From NCBI GenBank assembly GCA_001773215.1, contig MEWB01000001.1, positions 69,964 to 133,963 on the forward strand: 64,000 nt of DNA, read 5' to 3'. The translations under genes and the position numbers were made by a program. The DNA comes from a candidate division WWE3 bacterium RIFOXYC1_FULL_40_10 (GTDB taxonomy: Bacteria; Patescibacteriota; WWE3; UBA101185; UBA10185). Positions 60,771 to 64,000 of the stretch are shown here, piece by piece. The notes under the pieces are model-generated. The model ran no database searches. It was given only the letters and a program-made list of their open reading frames with translations, and was not told where the DNA came from. Each line of letters begins with the position of its first letter. Position 1 is the stretch's first letter.

Positions 60771-61202
60771 TTACCTGGTAATTTCCAAAAGCAGGCCATT
60801 TTCAGCCAAAGGGGCAGTGAGTGTTATAAAACTGCCGTTTTCCGAGTGAACCCAATAGCCCGACCCGTTTACCGAGGTTGAGGAGGGATCTACAGGAATT
60901 GCACTAATATATTTGGAAACCCTCACTAGGGAGCCTAAATCTAATAATCCCGAGCATGCCATACTGTCACTTCTACAGATTTCAATAGGTGTGGGAGTTA
61001 TTCCCGTAGGCAAACTTCCCTTATCGATAGCGTACTGTGAAATTGTTAACGAAATTGAATGTAAATCAACCCTACGCCTTGTGTTTCTGGAGTCACCGAG
61101 ATATTTCTGAGGATTGATGACCATTAATGCCAATCCGGCTAGTATTCCTATAATAGTTATAACTACCAGAAGTTCTATTAATGTGAAGGCAGGTTTTTTC
61201 AT
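60771..61202 (-). CDS. Type IV pilin / pseudopilin
   Basis: MKKPA-FTLIELLVVITIIGILA class III signal, PVDP motif, Cys pair. Confidence 0.92.
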   Translation of the reverse strand: MKKPAFTLIELLVVITIIGILAGLALMVINPQKYLGDSRNTRRRVDLHSISLTISQYAIDKGSLPTGITPTPIEICRSDSMACSGLLDLGSLVRVSKYISAIPVDPSSTSVNGSGYWVHSENGSFITLTAPLAENGLLLEITR

Positions 61203-61261
61203 GTGTGTAGATTCTATCAAAAAAATAGCCCCCCATAAATAAATACAGGGGGCATTTCAGA

Positions 61262-61957
61262 TTATCCGTCAACCCTCAAATACCAAGGAGCCATTTCTTT
61301 CCAATGAATTAATTTGGTAGCCGTATCGTAGAAAGGATCATCCCCAATGGTGTCCCGGATCCAATTGACAATCGAACTAAGTGCTTTGGGATTGCGGCTG
61401 GATCTGATGATATATGGATACTGAGTCGAAAGACTGTCCAATGTAGTCGATGGCCGTGTAAACTGAAGGCGCTTTTTGTCGGATGGGTCAAAATAGAAGT
61501 GGGCGACACCCCAATCCCCAGAGGTTTCTCCCTCGTACTCACAACCCAGTGCTTTTGCAAAAGCATCCGCCAGGCTCATTCTAAATACGTTCGCAGAGAA
61601 ATGATCAAATGACGGTTCTTTGGCTGGAGTAGAAACGAGCTCCAAGGACATGGCATCCTGGAAGTTGATGAAAACCTTTGATCCTGCTGGTTCAAATTGC
61701 AGGGTAATGCCCCGTTCGAACCCCCATGTAACTAATCTTGAGAGTGTTTCAGATAATTTTGGTACACGAATTCCCAAGTGATAGCCTGTTAAAGATGGTG
61801 CTGATCCTATTTCTCTAGCAACTTTGACTACACTTACCATGCCTCTGTCGTACCAATTTGGCCAAATCTCGGTAAGTACAGCCAGCGCAGCGGACTTGGG
61901 TTCCATATAGAACTGAGGAACAATAGCTACCTCCAACTTCGATAAACTGTTAGTCAT
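61262..61957 (-). CDS. Hypothetical protein, possibly VOC/glyoxalase-like fold
   Basis: SD AAAGGAG; YHLGIRV and FDHFSANV resemble VOC metal-ligand strands. Confidence 0.55.
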   Translation of the reverse strand: MTNSLSKLEVAIVPQFYMEPKSAALAVLTEIWPNWYDRGMVSVVKVAREIGSAPSLTGYHLGIRVPKLSETLSRLVTWGFERGITLQFEPAGSKVFINFQDAMSLELVSTPAKEPSFDHFSANVFRMSLADAFAKALGCEYEGETSGDWGVAHFYFDPSDKKRLQFTRPSTTLDSLSTQYPYIIRSSRNPKALSSIVNWIRDTIGDDPFYDTATKLIHWKEMAPWYLRVDG

Positions 61958-62095
61958 AATAGTCTCCTTTTTTTTATGACGGTGCTTTGTTCGGGCAATT
62001 ATACTACAGGATCACTGTATTTTCCATATTGACTGTATCTGTCATTAAGCATATCTTCTTAATAAGTTTGTCATATGAATTAAAGGAGAAAAAAA

Positions 62096-62548
62096 ATGAA
62101 ACATTTCCACAGAGTTCTACCGTTTGTAAATGCCCTAGTGATTTGGCATACGAACCATATCCTGATTGGTCGCACCACTAGCTCACCCGTCAAACCCTAC
62201 CCGCGCTTTTGGGACCTTCCTGGTGGGAAGGTGTCTCGTGAGGAGCAGCCCGACGAAGCTATTATGAGGGAACTTCGGGAGGAGTTGGGGATTGAAGCCG
62301 TGCTGGGAAAAGGTGTCTTTGCTAGTTTTCACCATAACGGTTTTGTTCGTTTGCCGGAATGTACGAACGAGGTTCCTGGTTTAGGGTTATGTTACTTGGT
62401 TAAGGAGTGGGCTGGGGAAATAGTAGGGGTTGAGCAGGAAGAAGTACATTTTGCGGATGAATTTGAACTGAAAAGTTTATATGCCACAATGACCCCCTGG
62501 TCTGCGTATTTCATCAGAAGATACTTATATGAATTGGGAACCAGCTAG
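62096..62548 (+). CDS. NUDIX hydrolase
   Basis: WDLPGGKVSREEQPDEAIMRELREELG Nudix box. Confidence 0.93.
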   Translation: MKHFHRVLPFVNALVIWHTNHILIGRTTSSPVKPYPRFWDLPGGKVSREEQPDEAIMRELREELGIEAVLGKGVFASFHHNGFVRLPECTNEVPGLGLCYLVKEWAGEIVGVEQEEVHFADEFELKSLYATMTPWSAYFIRRYLYELGTS

Positions 62549-62595
62549 TAACCAACCCGGAACTGTGGTACAACGCTAAAAGAGGAGATGATTAA

Positions 62596-63039
62596 ATGGA
62601 TAGTAACCGACTAAGGCAACTGATTTTGGAAACGATTTCTGAGGCTTTCGTGAGCGATAACTCTTATCCGAATGGTCCTACTATTTGGAAGACCTTGAGA
62701 GAGAAGGGAATTGAGGTCGCACCCGAGGAACTTGTATCTATGTTAAACCTCCTCGAGAGGGAAGGTGAGATCGGAAGAGCAGGGCATTATTTCAGATTGA
62801 AGGCCAGTAGAGATACTGAACGTGGGTCAACTTGTCCGAAATGTGGTGGGCATGTCATCAATTTGGGCAGAATGAATGTATACACACCGCATGGGAATGT
62901 GTCAGCCGATGTTTTCATGTGCGAGACGTGCGTTCATGAGGTACCGTATCCTGAAGAAGGGTGCACTTGGCCTCTTGAGTTTGCATTCATCAACGGGAAG
63001 GTGGTTTATCTGAGGCCTTCCGCAAGCGAGTTCGCCTAA
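62596..63039 (+). CDS. Winged-helix + zinc-ribbon hypothetical protein
   Basis: SD GAGGAG; LNLLEREGEIGRAGHYF; CPKCG..CETC. Confidence 0.65.
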   Translation: MDSNRLRQLILETISEAFVSDNSYPNGPTIWKTLREKGIEVAPEELVSMLNLLEREGEIGRAGHYFRLKASRDTERGSTCPKCGGHVINLGRMNVYTPHGNVSADVFMCETCVHEVPYPEEGCTWPLEFAFINGKVVYLRPSASEFA

Positions 63040-63053
63040 CACAAGGAGGTCAT

Positions 63054-63278
63054 ATGTCAGCTAACTGTCCTCACTGTGGATGTGTACCAATGGAGAATGT
63101 TGGTAGAGAAGGTAAGTGCCCTAAATGTGGGAGACCGCTAAGAAGGAACATCTTCTATTCAGCCAATTCGAGTACAGCTGTTTGCCCGTCTTGTGCGAGC
63201 AGAATTAGTTTATCTATAGAAGAGTTTTTTGATTGTTCCAATTGTGGTGCTGCTCTGCAGAAGACTGAGATTCTTTGA
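63054..63278 (+). CDS. Double zinc-ribbon small protein
   Basis: Four CxxC pairs; SD AAGGAGG. Confidence 0.7.
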   Translation: MSANCPHCGCVPMENVGREGKCPKCGRPLRRNIFYSANSSTAVCPSCASRISLSIEEFFDCSNCGAALQKTEIL

Positions 63279-63391
63279 TAGTTTGTCATATAACCTAAGT
63301 GTTTTTCTCCCTGCACTTAGGTTTTTTATTTCCCGGATAATATACCTTCATGTTAAGATATTCTAAATAATAAGTTTAAAGGAGAAAATTT

Positions 63392-63601
63392 GTGAAAACA
63401 TACCGGATATATATTAAACCCTACGATCCAAGAGCTTCAGTTGTTATTAGTTCAGTAACAAATAGAGAATCTACGGGTAAAGACACTGGCGACGGGGGAA
63501 TTATGACATGTATCTGTGAAGAGGTGCAATTGTATAAGGTTGTACAAGCTTTAGAGACATCTGATATTTTGTCTTTGGAGAAGGTAGTTGTATTACCTTA
63601 G
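63392..63601 (+). CDS. Small hypothetical protein
   Basis: SD AAAGGAG before GTG; possible small alpha/beta fold. Confidence 0.55.
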   Translation: MKTYRIYIKPYDPRASVVISSVTNRESTGKDTGDGGIMTCICEEVQLYKVVQALETSDILSLEKVVVLP

Positions 63602-63659
63602 ATTTTTTAGATATATAAAAGGTCAGCAAACTCAGCCGGCCTTTTCGTTTATCATAACT

Positions 63660-63733
63660 TGGCAGGGACGAGGCGAATCGAACGCCTGTTATCGGTTTTG
63701 GAGACCGAAGTCCTACCACTGAACGACGTCCCT
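63660..63733 (-). tRNA. tRNA-Trp(CCA)
   Basis: Minus strand AGGGACG...TCGGT-CTCCAAA-ACCGA...GTTCGATTC...CGTCCCTGCCA. Confidence 0.95.
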
Positions 63734-63828
63734 ATGGTGTTACGTATTGGATTATAACCACCAATGATTTACAACACAAGAAGCGACCTTTCGGCCGCTT
63801 CAAGTTTTTATTATTTCCTATTCAGAAA

Positions 63829-63999
63829 TTAACGATCCTCTCTCATTGGTCTTGCTACGTTAATGTTCAATGGTCTTCCACTGAAGTCTGTGCCATTTAG
63901 TTTAGCTATAGCGTCTTGAGCTTTAGAGTCGTCTTCTAATTCGACGAATCCGAATCCTTTACTTCTTCCAGTTGCCTTATCGGAAATTATTGTGCTTGA
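63829..63999 (-). CDS. RRM-domain RNA-binding protein (partial, 5' end outside window)
   Basis: SDKATGRSKGFGFVE (RNP1)...AIAKLNG..FSGRPLNINVAR. Confidence 0.93.
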   Translation of the reverse strand, partial: SSTIISDKATGRSKGFGFVELEDDSKAQDAIAKLNGTDFSGRPLNINVARPMREDR

Positions 64000-64000
64000 T

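Overview
Chromosomal window from a small-genome bacterium using the standard code. Gene content suggests a CPR/Patescibacteria lineage such as WWE3 or Microgenomates (inference). It carries housekeeping genes (rho, obgE, argS, ndk, rplJL with L10 leader, secE-nusG-rplK-rplA, folD), five tRNAs and a likely 6S RNA. It also has natural-competence genes (comEA, split comEC, dprA, comM, pilin), glycosyltransferases, and two sortases with an LPKTG substrate. The standout is a ~23.6 kb block between rplJ and rplA. It holds a 3283-aa LamG protein with nested domain insertions and a 1799-aa MerR-HTH/TM/tail-fibre/S74 protein. Divergent from them is an F1-like ATPase operon (b-like, delta-like, alpha, gamma, beta, epsilon) with no subunit a. 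Its c-like subunit lacks the ion-binding carboxylate and is fused to an extracellular fibre-type domain, making it a candidate ion-uncoupled rotary motor linked to surface fibres. Several unexplained structured RNAs, an unannotated RHH gene and pervasive leaderless gene starts were also seen. All calls come from reading motifs by eye; no searches were run.
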